Assembly: GCF_000143415.4 (NCBI RefSeq)
Contig: NW_003314369.1
Location: 502,006 to 566,005 of the forward strand
Origin: Selaginella moellendorffii
Taxonomy: Eukaryota > Plantae > Lycopodiophyta
Direction: 5' to 3'
Length of the DNA: 64,000 nt
Shown piece after piece: positions 39,941 through 51,652 of this stretch (position 1 is its first letter; each line of letters opens with the position of its first letter). The notes under the pieces are model-generated. The model was given only the letters and a program-made list of their open reading frames with translations, made no database searches and was not told where the DNA came from. Position numbers and translations under genes: made by a program.

Positions 39941-40446
39941 AAGTTTCCTCTTGCAAGGATCTCACCTCGCCAACAAAGTAGCTAGCATTACTATGCAGCT
40001 CTTCTCCTTGATCGAGGATTCCTCGACTGATAGAAGCATACAGGTTAAGTTCTAAACTTCCGCAAAGAAGATCATCTCATCAGTGGAGAGCTAGGAAGAA
40101 ATGAGAGAGGACATGAAGGATTTCATCTGCTTGTGGACAGATCATTGCTCCATGCGTTAGAGGCTGTATCTCATGGCGTCGTCTATGAGATAGAGGCCTC
40201 GTGAGCTTATGATTTTAAAATAGCAATATTTCTATCTTAAATTTCTAAAATTGGCTAATACTTTAAAAATATTTAATAAATATCTAAAAATATTAATTTT
40301 GAAGCACAAAAAATTATTATCATCTGATAAAAACTCTAAACTGCTATTATTACACATTCAAATGCTTAATATTATATTATTTACTTCTTGATATATTTTA
40401 AGTATTAGGATGCTAAATGTAAAGCATATATTCCCAGAAAGATATA

Positions 40447-41369
40447 TAAACTAATATATTTTGTCAATGAAAAGTTTGCCATCTTAGTCTCGACAGGGAA
40501 CTTGGAAAAGCAGCAAGAAGGAAATAAGACGCAGTAGTGGAGACGAATTTTTCAACGAATTTGATCTCTTTCCCAAGACAAAGTCTAGCAATTACCTACG
40601 CCAACCACGTATATAAAACACCCGATCTAAAATGAAATGAAACACACACTTCTCTTCTAAAGATCGTCAAGGTCCAACTATTTATTTGGATATTTGTCCT
40701 TTTCAGTGGCAATGAAGTCGATAGCCATGGCGCGTGGTGATGCATGAGTTCAATAATATATATTATATAAACTGTGAAAAAAACTAAAGATGTTGCCTTT
40801 ACTCATCTGGATTCACTCGTGTGTTGTTCTATGTCCCAGCATTATAGAAAAGAAAAGGAATTGACAAACTCGGAACGATTTCCTCGACTAACTTTCAAAG
40901 GACAAAGTGATGCCGCCCCAAGAGACGCCACAGCATTGTATGCTGCCTCCAGCTACAAATACGAGTGGCCTCACAGATCAAATCACTTCTCTCGAATATA
41001 CTCGTTGAACTTTTAGTTTTAGCAGCAAATCATGGAGAACCAAGGCTTGCTTGGTGTTGTTTTCGGTGCTTGCCATCTTTGTGCCGATGCTGGCCATGAG
41101 AGTGGACGTGGGAGGAATCGAACCGCGAGGATGGCGCTAGTATGGCGGCAGCTGCCACCGTAACTAGAAAGCTAGCTCCTCTCTGTGATCGTAAGTTTCC
41201 TCTCGGCAATTTTGAATTCAACTATGAAGAACAAGTTGAGGGAACACACTATGACCAACAAATCCAATTGCCCATGTACGCTTATTCGCCATTGACAAAT
41301 CAAAGCTCTATCTTGTCAGTCAAGAGAATTCCAGGAAAACGCCGGTAAAAGCAAACGAAATGATCGATG
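40447..41369 (+). repeat. Segmental duplication A, copy 1 (copy 2 at 44520-45420)
   Basis: Collinear high similarity from taaacta..gtcaatgaaa..gccatcttagtctcgac to ggtaaaagcaaa..aaatgatcgatg. Confidence 0.9.
41032..41167 (+). pseudogene. Pseudogene of the secreted Cys/Trp-rich peptide
   Basis: Homologous to 43727-43924, with a +1 C after codon 3, an in-frame TAG replacing Trp, and TATA changed to TACAAA. The corrected frame reads MENKACLVLFSVLAIFVPMLAMRVDVGGIEPRGWR*YGGSCHRN*. Confidence 0.8.
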
Positions 41370-43084
41370 AGAGGAATCACTACCACGCAGACGTACCGAT
41401 TGAAGCCTCTAGAACAGGCCGTAGACGATCTAGAGCGGCGGGCATCGTCGCTCGACGACGACGACTACGCGCAACTCCTCACAGCTTGCATCCAGGAAAG
41501 AGATTTGCGTCAAGGCGCCAGGCTCCACGCGCTCATCCTTGGCAGCAGCCACCACCAATCCAACAGGTACCTCGCAAATCTTCTCATCCAGCTCTATGGA
41601 AGGTGCGAGCGCGCGGATCGAGCATGGCAGGTGTTTATCAGCATCCACGAGCCCAACAGATTCTCCTGGAACTTGATGCTTGGCGCTTATGCCCAAAATG
41701 CGGATCTTGAGGAAGCAAAAGAGCTGTTTAAGAGATATTGTTGCATGGGTCCCTATTCTCACGGCTCATGCAAACCGTGGAAACTTGGAGGAATGCCAAG
41801 CATTGTTTGATCAGGTTCCAGAATGGGATGTCGTTTGCTGGAACTCGCTACTTACAGCATATGCCCATAACGGGCATATGGATTAGGCAAGCCAGGTCTT
41901 TGATGGAATGCTAGAACACAACATAGTTTCTTGGGCTGTTATGGTTACTGGGTATGCAAGAAAAGGCCCTGTTAACGACGCGCTAAATGTGTTTATGAGA
42001 ATCCCCGAAACCAACGAACTAGGATGGACTGTTCTTGTCACTACATATGCCCAGCTTGGGCATATTGAAAAAGCCAAGGAGCTTTTTAGTAAAATGCCAC
42101 ACCGCGACTTAATCTCGTGGAACGCAATGCTAGCGGCAACGGCCAGCCTGCAAGAAGCAAGGTCTCTGTTTGATGCCATGCCACAGAGGAACGTTGCATC
42201 GTGGTCGACAATGATCACCGCACTGGCGGAGAGAAACCAGCTCGAAGAAGCTCGCATTCTCTTCGATCGAGTTCCCTATCACGACGACGTGGTGTGGATT
42301 GCCATGATCTTGGCCTACTCCAACCACGGCCACCTCGAAGAAGCCATGAAGATGTTTGCACGGATGCCACAGCGCGATCTCGTCGCTTGGACGGCAACGG
42401 TGGCGGCAATTGCTTTGCACGGGAGTTTGATCGATGCCAGAGCCTTGTTCGACCAAATGCCACAGCACGATCGCGTCGCGTGGAACACGATGCTGGGAGC
42501 TTTACATCCAGAGCAATTGCCTCGTCCAAGCGCGGGAGCTCTTCGTGGCCATGCCGGTGAGAGACACATCGAGCTGGAACACGATCCTTGCCGCGAGCGC
42601 TGAAGGGGGGAATGTCTTGCACGCCGGGAAGATCTTCTCCACATTGCCTGAACGGAGCATTGTGTTGTGGAGCGCGATGTTTTTTGGCAGCATGGCGATG
42701 GAGGGCGAGACGAGAAACGAGATAAGTTTCCAGGGGATTTTCCTGACTTGCAATCACGGTGGGAAGCTCCCTGTGGCACTCGACTACTTTCGATCTATGG
42801 TGGCCGAGTACAGCATTTCTCCAAATGTGATTCACTTCCAGGCGATGGCAGATGTGCTGGGACGAGCCGGGCTGGTTGCCAAGGCCGAAGCTCTGCTGCT
42901 GGTGATGCCCTTCCAGCCGCATTTCCTCGTGTGGAAGAGCTTGATCAGCGCTTGCAAAGTTCATGGTAGTGGCAAGAATTGCAGCTCGTGCCGCAGAGAA
43001 ACTCTTGGAGATGAAACCAGGGGACTCTGGAGCTCTACGTGCTCATGCTCATGTCGAATCTGCAAAAGCAGCTGCGTCACATGA
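41367..43084 (+). pseudogene. PLS-class PPR gene with an E-type C-terminus, disrupted
   Basis: PPR motifs (YAQLLTAC, ANLLIQLYGRC, many FDxMPxRDxVSW repeats, MPFQPHFLVWKSLISACKVHG) are spread over four ORFs, with a TAG at 41884 and frameshifts. Confidence 0.85.
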
Positions 43085-43639
43085 GTCCATTTGGCCGGTT
43101 AACATTAAAGAGTCAACAAGTATAAACATTTAATTAATAGAATAACAGAAAATAATTATATGTAAATTAAATAAGAAAAACAATTTTAATGAATAAAATC
43201 TTGATAATTATTGATATCACTTTCATTAATCGTTGCAGATTGCTCCAAAAGATTGTCAAGAGCCTGCCAGTGAGAAGAGACAATGTAGCATTTACCACTT
43301 TGATTAAAGTTGCAGGTGACTGGAAGCAGCCGTACTGAGTCTGTGGTCGAGATGGAAGACAAAGTATTAGGTTCGTGTTTAGGATATTAGCATGGAAGTT
43401 CTATGGAACTTTGAATCAAACACTTGTAAAGTTTTGGCAAAGCTAGTAGAGGAATGCTAGAGTGACTTTGGAGATAAGGATTTGAAGGGTTGGAGAAGCA
43501 TAGGAAAAAGAAGAATTGGCAAACACGGAACCACTTTTACTGGACTAGCTCTCAAATATTCTTTCAGAGATAAGAAATAAGCGAAGCCGTCCCAAGACAA
43601 CTCTCCAGCGTCCATCTAACATTTTGTGCTGCCTCGAGC

Positions 43640-43646
43640 TATAAAG
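43640..43646 (+). promoter_or_regulatory. TATA box of the secreted peptide gene
   Basis: TATAAAG 87 nt upstream of ATG 43727. The same context is conserved at 44970 and mutated at about 40954. Confidence 0.6.
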
Positions 43647-43726
43647 ACGAGCCCCTCCTGCCTCACAGATCAAACCATTTCTCTCTAATATACAAGCTTA
43701 CTTGATCTTAGTCTGAGCAGCAAATC

Positions 43727-43924
43727 ATGGAGAACAAGGCTTTCTTGGTGATGTTTTTGGCGCTTGCCATGTTTGTGATGATGCTGGCCATGGGCGTGGA
43801 CGTGGGAGGAATCGCAAAGGCTGCTGCCCAGCGCTGCCAGTCGGGGTGGTATTGGTATGACAACAGTTGCCACCGTTGCCAGAGGGGTTGGGTCTGGCGC
43901 AACAATCGCTGCTGGCGCAACTGA
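43727..43924 (+). CDS. Small secreted Cys/Trp/Arg-rich peptide (65 aa) with two C-x10-C repeats
   Basis: MENKAFLVMFLALAMFVMMLAMGVDVGGIAKAAAQRCQSGWYWYDNSCHRCQRGWVWRNNRCWRN. It has a hydrophobic signal peptide, a TATA box, a good start context (aaatcATGG) and decayed paralogs nearby. Confidence 0.85.
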   Translation: MENKAFLVMFLALAMFVMMLAMGVDVGGIAKAAAQRCQSGWYWYDNSCHRCQRGWVWRNNRCWRN

Positions 43925-44214
43925 AACCTCCCGTTTCACGGGGTAAGCCCATGTTAAGAATCAACATCATAATTGCCTTTGATTTCATCATTCTGCAGTG
44001 CCAAGAAAGAATAAAGACACTGATAACGTGTTTTCTGATCGTGATGAGTTCCAGCAATAATAAATAAATTGTCCAGCTTGATATAAAAAGTCTGAATGTC
44101 TCTTGCTCCTCCTCTCTTCTCCGAATCCCTCGACTTCCAATCAATGCATCGCTGGATTGATCGATTGCTCGACTCGATTGGAGCGTCACAACCAGGCCCA
44201 GGCACACCCAGCTC

Positions 44215-44339
44215 ACCAAGGCGATGGCGCAGCGCTGCCAATGGATTTCGCTGCGTGCTATGCAATTGGTACGGGTATGACCAGTTGCCATCGATGCCAG
44301 CGAGGGTGGCGCTCGAATGGCAGCCGCTGCTGAAGAATC
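44215..44339 (+). pseudogene. Decayed paralog of the peptide's mature repeat region
   Basis: AQRCQ..NWYGYD..SCHRCQRGWRSNGSRC* read across frames; the final Trp codon is TGA. Confidence 0.7.
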
Positions 44340-44519
44340 GCCAAAGTTCGCTAGCCTGGCGCCTCGAAGAACCACGGGAGCGCAGTTTGAAATTTTCATG
44401 CCCCTGAGACTGTCAATGTGGTTTCTAGAAAGTTGGTTCACTTTTAATATCAAAAAAATTTAGAACGACTCAAATCTACATAGCTTTTGGACTAAAATTT
44501 ATTATTATATAATATTAAA

Positions 44520-45420
44520 TAAACTAATACATGTTTTTGTCAATGAAATGTTTGCCATCTTAGTCTCGACGTGGAACTTGGAAAAGCAACAAGAGGAAAT
44601 AAGATGCAGTAGTGGAGACAAAATTTTCAACGAATCTGATCGCTTTCCCAAGACAAAGTCCAGCAATTACATACACCAACCACGTCCCCTCTCTCGATCG
44701 AAAGTGAAATGAAACACTTCTAAAGATCGTGAAGATCCAGCAATTTATTTGGATGTTTGTCCTTTTCAGTGGCAGTGAAGTCTATAGCAATGGCACGTGG
44801 TGATGCATGAGTTCAATAATATATATTATATAAGCTGTGCCTTTACTCATATCAGCATTATAAAAAGGAAAAGGAATTGACAAACACGGAACGATTTCCT
44901 CGACTAACTTTCAAAGGACAAAGTGATGCCGCCCCAAGAGACGTTACAGCATTGTATGCTGACTCCAGCTATAAAGACGAGCGGCCTCACAGATCAAATC
45001 ACTTCTCTCGAATATACTCGTTGAACTCTTAGTTTTAGCAGCAAATCATGGAGAACCAAGGCTTGCTTGGTGTTGTTTTCGGTGCTTGCCATCTTTGTGC
45101 TGATGCTGGCCATGAGAGTGGACGTGGGAGGAATCGCACCTCGAGGATGGCGCTAGTATGGCGGCAGCTGCCACCGTAACTAGAAAGCTAGCTCCTCTCT
45201 GTGATCATAAGTTTCCTCTCGCCAATTTTGAATGCATAATTCAACTATGAAGAACAAGTTGAGGGAACACACTATGACCACCGTTTCCTTTGTACTGCAC
45301 AAATGCAATTGCCCCATGTACGCTTATTCGCCATTGACAAATCAAAGCTCTATCTTGTCAGTCGAGAGAGTTTACTGTATCCCAGGAAAATGCTGGTAAA
45401 AGCAAAGGAAATGATCGATG
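44520..45420 (+). repeat. Segmental duplication A, copy 2
   Basis: Collinear with 40447-41369. Confidence 0.9.
45048..45183 (+). pseudogene. Second pseudogene copy of the secreted peptide
   Basis: Same +1 frameshift and TAG as the 41032 copy; TATA retained at 44970. Confidence 0.8.
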
Positions 45421-46200
45421 CCAAAGGTTGCATGTGGTGAGATGGGTAGTAATATCACGTCCATGCCTAATAGTCTTGCTGTTTCCAGGACAAGTTTGGT
45501 CACATAAGACCTGTGGCCATCAACAATGCGAGTGTGGTGGTTGTATACGAACATCCATTAGGGATTGATTTCATAAAGTGTTCAAGCCAATAGATTTTAT
45601 ATCATTCAAGCTTTCTTACTGATGGTGAGTGTAACTCTTACTTTGCAATCTGCAATCCAATTTTGTATCCTCCACTTGCCTTTGAAGATATAGGATCCAG
45701 GTAGCAGCATTCACTGCCACAAGAACAATCATGTGTTCAGTGTTGTTTGGGACAATTCAGTAGCTGAAGCTGACACTTCGGGTGTCCAAAACTTTGACAC
45801 CTCTAAAACAATTGGCTCAGACACTAGTTTTGTCAGCATTCCAAATGTTATTTGGCTTGTAACTGCTTGGAACATAAGATGCATCAAGATTCTCATAGAA
45901 TCATGATGCAACTTCTTTGCTTAGGAACTTTGCACGTTGGAGCTCCAAGGCCTCCCCAAGCTTGCTACTGATCTCTGGGTGCCATTTCATGAAGCTACTG
46001 CTCCACTTTCTGCTCGGTTCTCTGTCTGTCCAGCTTAGTGCTGTAGATGCCTGGAAACAACAAGAAGAGAAGTTGGTTCTCTTTCTTTTATCTTTTACCT
46101 TTTCAGATTGGCTTTCACTGACAAGAGCTGCCTGACAATTTTTCTGCACAACAGGCTAAAAGTGGTTTAATTAAGACCTCAAAGGACTTATAGTGTACCT
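45421..46200 (-). mobile_element. Degenerate pogo/Fot1-like (HTH-CENPB + DDE_1) transposase, truncated at 45421
   Basis: SRKWSSSFMKWHPEISSKLGEALELQRAK (end of a CENPB-type HTH), NIWNADKT and RIVDGHRSYVTKLVLETARLLGMDVILLPISPHAT (DGHxSH..LPxH motif). Stops and frameshifts. Confidence 0.7.
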
Positions 46201-46636
46201 CTGGATGCAGAACGGGATAGCCTTTAAGAGATGCAAGTGTTTGCACACGAGCTCTTCAAAGTAAGGTTGTACCTTTTGGACCAGCCAAAGAAGTATTTTA
46301 AGATTTGCTTCGTGTAATGTTGTTCTGGCTGAGATTTGCAGTTGATGTAACAGTAAATCTTGTGATCGGATCTAGAAAACATGAAAGAAAGAAATGCTTT
46401 CCTTTTTACAAGAATGTTCTTACCTCAAGATTCTATTAGTCCACTCTTGAGACTAGTATATTTTAAGTCTATCCACTACAATTATTTTGTCTCAAAAGTC
46501 TCCTTGTGTTTCTCCTCCATGTTTAATGTAGTATTTAGGTTATGCTCCCACAATTCTTCACGCATGTGGATCGATAGCCACATAAAGCGATTCGTTACTG
46601 GAGCTTTATTCCTTTCTTCTGCAACATTGATTTTGG

Positions 46637-49600
46637 GATGGCACTTGCCATGTACCATATATCCACAAACAACACTACTGCCACCAACTATTGTTGCTTT
46701 GCTCAAATCCTTTATAGTGCCCACCGGTTACAACTCCACCATTTTGTGGAGCACGGAGCAAATCTATTCCCTGCCTCTGTTTTGAAGATCCCGAGCGTGG
46801 ATTTGCAGGTTCTCCATGCCTTGGTGCTTGCAAGCAGACCTTACCAGTTCATGTTTTGTGGCTTCTCTTGCCTTTCAAACGTTTCCTTTGGTGTAGAAAG
46901 GAGTGGCTTTCATTCAAGGAGCCTGCGGTTTAATCCCCAAAGACTTAGAAAGAAATGTCCAGGACACTGCATTAACTTTGACTTATCAAGGTGCGAACTT
47001 TTTCTGAATAGCATGGAACCAAGGTGAAGTTCCAGAGATCCAACCAAGAAAGCTCTTGTCTTAGTAAGCAAAGTGTGGAAGCGATGGACCAAGGATGAAG
47101 GCCTTTCTGAAGCAGAGAAGTGGTTTGCCAAAGTTCAAGCTTAACAATTTTAAGACTGATTCAGCCAACATTTCTACAAATAAATGCATCAATTTAGAAT
47201 GCTCTACTTGATTGCTAGACTTTTGATGGGAGATCCTAGACATTCATTTAATTTCAGAAAACTTCATCAAAATAAACCTACAAATCTCTTCAAAAGCCTT
47301 CATGGTTGTTTCAGCATGAGATGCAGTTCCTGCTGAAATCTCCACACAACCAATATCTGTCTTAGTTGGAGGTAATTTAGTGTTGGAGCGACTAAAACAC
47401 CAATATCCCTTTCTTGATGTTATTTCCTTCTTCTCTGAACTTGATGTTCTTATGATCGTTCCCAAAGGCATGGAGCTTGAAACCCATTCTTTACAATTTT
47501 GTACCACAAACATCCGAGAAGTACAAGAAAGATTCTGTAAAAATAAAATAATATATAAAAAAGAAAAAACATATGTTTTACCTTCACATATGAGCTTTGT
47601 CCAGCATCAGTGAAAGCAATGCATTTGAGACGTTGTAGCACCTCTAACTCTGTAAAGTTTATAATAAATATAAAATATATCAAGTAAATACTTAAAACCT
47701 CGATATTTTAGAAGCTCATAAGCATCATATCCACCACATGAATGTGCAATAATAGCAAGTTGTTTAGCTGGAAGTTTTTGACATATATTATCCCATACAG
47801 ATATAATATGTTCTCTCCGATTCTTAAAGTATGACTCCTATAATAAAAACATTAATAAGTAAAGGTAGAATAAGAAAACTTAAAATTGCATTACCGTTTT
47901 TAGAGAGGCATGATTTGGATTCAAAACTAATATTGCAATGTTCCTCTTGTGTGCCCACTCTAATAAAATATAAAGTTATATCTGACTAAAATACTAATTT
48001 TCTTAAAATTTACCAAGAAATGGCAAAACACTCCCAATCTTTAGTGAACCCTGTACCAAAATTTAAATTCAGTCTCAAATTGGAAACTTATAAAGAACTT
48101 ACATTAATACATAGCTTCCGAGCCCATTGCCCTGCACTGATAAAAACAAAACCAGAAATTAAATCCCTGTACTAAAATTAATTGAGTTAGAAAACTTACG
48201 CTACTTTTCCAGCTCCACAGCCAAGAATAACAAGCTCATTAGCTTTAACAGCATTCTTAGATAAGAAAACAAAGCACTGAAAAAGCACATGAGGTTTTAA
48301 AATCTCAAATTGAATCTAACCAATAAACCTTTTGTGAGGGTAGCTCCACTCTCTCCATACCATACTTCTAGAAATAAAACAGTTAGCACAATTTTTTTTT
48401 AACTTAACTAGTACCGTTTCCATAAGCTGATGCACAATAATCTCCAGAGCATTGCCTACACACTCATAATGAGATTGGCTTACAAACTGAAAACCAGCAG
48501 CAGTCGCTATATGTCGCAGTTCTAAGCTTTCTTCATCTAATCTATAGCCCAACTCTTCCAATCTCTCCATCAAAGCAAACCCTAACTAGGTTTTAAAATA
48601 ACATATACATATATTCCTTTTATCAAGGAAGAGCTCAGAATCACAAGACACTTGCATTGCACAGAGAATTGGACATATGCCAGTTGTTACTTGTTCTTCT
48701 TTGCTTGCCGCCATGGCTTCTACCTCAAGCTCTCAAGCTTGTCAAGCAGGAATCTCTTGATAAGCCTATATGGTCTTGAGAATGAAATTTACTTCGCGAA
48801 TGCTCTACTGGATGCGTTCTCGATTGCTTCCAATCCATGGTCGTAGTGGCTACTAAGAGCTTTTGCAAAGCATCGATGCTTTGGAGTGGGCGTGTTTGCA
48901 AGAGCCACAGTAGCTTAGCTTGGAATAAAAAGAGCGGGCTTATTTGAAATGCTCTTACTCTTAGGTCTAATCGAGAATGCGGGCGATTCATTCGATCGCG
49001 GTGGCTGGAGCTCCTGGAGATCGCGGCGGGCGCCGGCAATCTCCTGGCTATGGCGCTGCCACTGGCGCTGGATCATCGAGGTAGGAATTCTCGCTCCAGT
49101 TTCAGGGTTTTCAATCGCGTTTCTTTCGCAGATGGAGAACTCCCAAGAACAAGAGCGGCTCCAATGCTGGAATTCCGTCGATCTACGACGCGTTGCAGCA
49201 GGCGGGAGCGATTCCGGGCGTTGGTGTCGTGCTTGCGGCATTGACAGCGTGTAGAAACTCGCGAGACCTCCAAACAGGTAAGCGAGTCCATAGCTACGTT
49301 GCCGAGCGAACGAATTACTGTTCTTCAAACAGCGTGGTGGCGAACTCTGTGCTGGATATGTACGCAAAGTGTGGAAGCATGGAGGACGCGTTGCAAGCTT
49401 TCTCTGAGATGAAGCATCGGGACGTCGTTTCGTGGACTTCCATGATCTCGGGATATGCAAGGTGTGGAGATGGCGCTCTGGCTCTTAAGTTCTTCGCGCG
49501 CATGCAAGAAGAAGGCTGTGAGCCGGATCGTGTCACGGTCATCGCAGCAGTGAAGGCATGCTCTAGCTGCGCAGAGAAGGAAGAAGCTCGCGAGATACTA

Positions 49601-50182
49601 GGAAGAGCAGTGAAGATCAAATCGCTGGAACAGGGAAGAGCTCTTCATTCTCGAGTCGCCAGAGCAGGATTTGTCCGGGACCTTGCTGTGGCAAACTCGC
49701 TGGTGGATATGTACTCCAAGTGTGGGAGCATGGAAGATGCACAAAAGGTGTTTGAGAGCATGAGGCAGCGGGACGTGATTTCATGGACTTCGATCATTTC
49801 GGGTTATGCACAGGCTGGGGAAGCGGAGTTTGCTCTCAAGCTTTACTCGCGAATGCAAGACGAAGGCTGCGGTCCAGATCGCGTAACTCTCCTCGCTGCG
49901 CTCAAGGCTTGTGCTAGCTTGGCCGAAGGAGAGAAAGATGGTCCCTCGAGACAAAAGTGGCTGGAGCAGGGAAGGGCTATTCATTCCAAGGTCGTGGGAA
50001 GTGGAAACCAGTCGGCAAACTCTCTACTCGACTTCTACGCGAAGTGTGGGAGCATGGAAGACGCTTGCACTGTGTTTCAAGCTATGGGTCGTCACAGCTC
50101 AATCTCGTGGAAGTGCATGATCCTGGGATATGTCTACAACGGGGAGTTCGAGCAAGCTCTCGAGTTTTACAAGCGCATGCAA
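46637..50182 (+). repeat. Segmental duplication B, copy 1 (copy 2 at 52475-55581)
   Basis: Collinear from gatggc..catgtaccata to aagcgcatgcaa. Confidence 0.92.
47244..48570 (-). CDS. Arb2-domain / FAM172A (ARB2A)-like protein, about 9 exons, intact
   Basis: Spliced by eye: MERLEELGYRL..ELRHIAT..YECVGNAL; GKVAAGQWARKLCINGSLKIGSVLPFL; ILVLNPN; EHIISVWD..IIAHSCGG; IAFTDA; NCKEWVSSSMPL; EISAGTASHAETT; stop at 47244-47246. All introns are GT-AG and in frame. Confidence 0.85.
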
Positions 50183-50191
50183 CTTTTCTAG
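48977..50191 (+). pseudogene. Truncated PLS PPR copy (5' half of the 54358 gene)
   Basis: Same exon 1 and intron structure. It has a 12-bp deletion (DHFV) and stops right after RMQLF at the duplication breakpoint. Confidence 0.85.
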
Positions 50192-50720
50192 CCAGCACGC
50201 TCGTCAGCTTCTACGCCAGTGTGGAAACATCCGGGACGCCTGGAAAGTGTTCCAAAAGGTGCGCCGTCACGACGCGCTGTCCTGGACTCGGGCTCTGCAA
50301 CTAATGCGACGACGCGTCAACTTTCGTGGCTGCTCTAGCAGCAGCGCGGGAGCCCTGGAGCAGATATCTCCAGGTGTGGACTCGAGGACGCGAACGTCCT
50401 CGTTGATGGCTATGGGAAAACCGGGAACGCAAAGGCACAGCAGGCCTTCAAGTCACTGGCGAAACCAGACGAGGTTGCCTGGACGTCCGTGATAGCAGCA
50501 CACAGCCGCGACGCAAAGCTCTTCGGCTTCTTTGCGTGCTCACGGCGTGCAGCCATACCGGGCTTGTCCGCCAAGCGCAGCGCTGCTCCAATGAGATGGA
50601 AGAAAAGTATGGAGTTCGTCCTGCCGAGCACTTGCGTGCTTTCGATCGGCTGGTTCAAGGGAGGCGAGGGACGAGGCGGGGTACTTGTTGATGGAGGCGA
50701 TTTACTTGAGGGAGGAGCAT
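50192..50720 (+). pseudogene. Decayed PPR fragment, related to 57090-57670
   Basis: STLVSFYA..AWKVFQKVRRHDALSW and VLTACSHTGLV; shares DNA blocks with 57175-57570. Confidence 0.6.
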
Positions 50721-51652
50721 GCTCAAATCATTTGAGAACGCGCTCTTTTTTTACAAGCACAATGTAGTACATACCAAAGAATATCCTCTTTCATTTCTAC
50801 AAGGCGGCAAAATTTGATAAGATGCCGAGAAGATGCTGTTTTGACACGTGGCCGTGTCCTATTTGCTGCTGGCCGATGCTTTGAAGCTCGTAGAGCCTGC
50901 CGTCCCCTTGGTTGCTAGGTTTATTGCATTCTCTATACGCGCTCTTCGTCTCCAACAGCTAGGGCGTCGAAAATCCATCGTCTTTGTGCGCGCCCGGGCC
51001 TCGCGCTCTTATAATCCGGCTTCCGGCCGCCAGCAGGTACTGTGATGTGATCGCGCTCGATCAATCCTGTCTCCGATGTCGAAGCGTTTCTAATCTTCCG
51101 CTACTGGCGCCAATGCAAAGATTTCGAGCGTGCCATGGAGCCTGGCAGTGGAGGAGACGGAGAAATTCTAGAAATCTCGGCAAAGGTACGCTTGTACGTT
51201 ATAATCCCTTTGCCGGCAGCGCTGTAGTGGATCTGTTCCACAGAACGATGAGCCACGACTAGCCGCGCAACCTCTCGAGGAGTTTCCGGTACAATGCAGA
51301 TTTCTTTCATCTCGGAATCTGGCAATATTCTTTCACGCAGGGAAATGAGAGCCCAGCGCTCGAGCAACCGGTATGCTTTCAAAGATTTGACTCGATCTTC
51401 TCTTTAGTCGTTAAACGTTTCTTCTACTAAATTTTAGGCCCCGCGAGCTCACGGCAAATTGGTACAAGCGTTGTTCTTGCCAAAGTATGAGTCCGAGCGC
51501 TGTGTGTTTTGCAGCAAGGATTGGCGAGTCTATGTTGCTGGGCCTTATCATCTTTGGTAACCTTGTGTGCTTCTGCGTGCTCTCGACAGTCCAAGGAAAA
51601 GGTTCGTTTACAACTTTAGCTTACTTCGCTGATAGAATTGTTTCTATTGCAG

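Noticed and set aside
41032-41163. 43-aa frameshifted ORF (MENQGLLGVV..) shared by both pseudogene copies, as a new gene
   Set aside because: Explained by a single +1 insertion that preceded the duplication; no evidence of selection.
43725-44453. 242-aa minus-strand ORF over the peptide gene
   Set aside because: Non-ATG start and no motifs; the plus-strand gene has the TATA box, signal peptide and paralogs.
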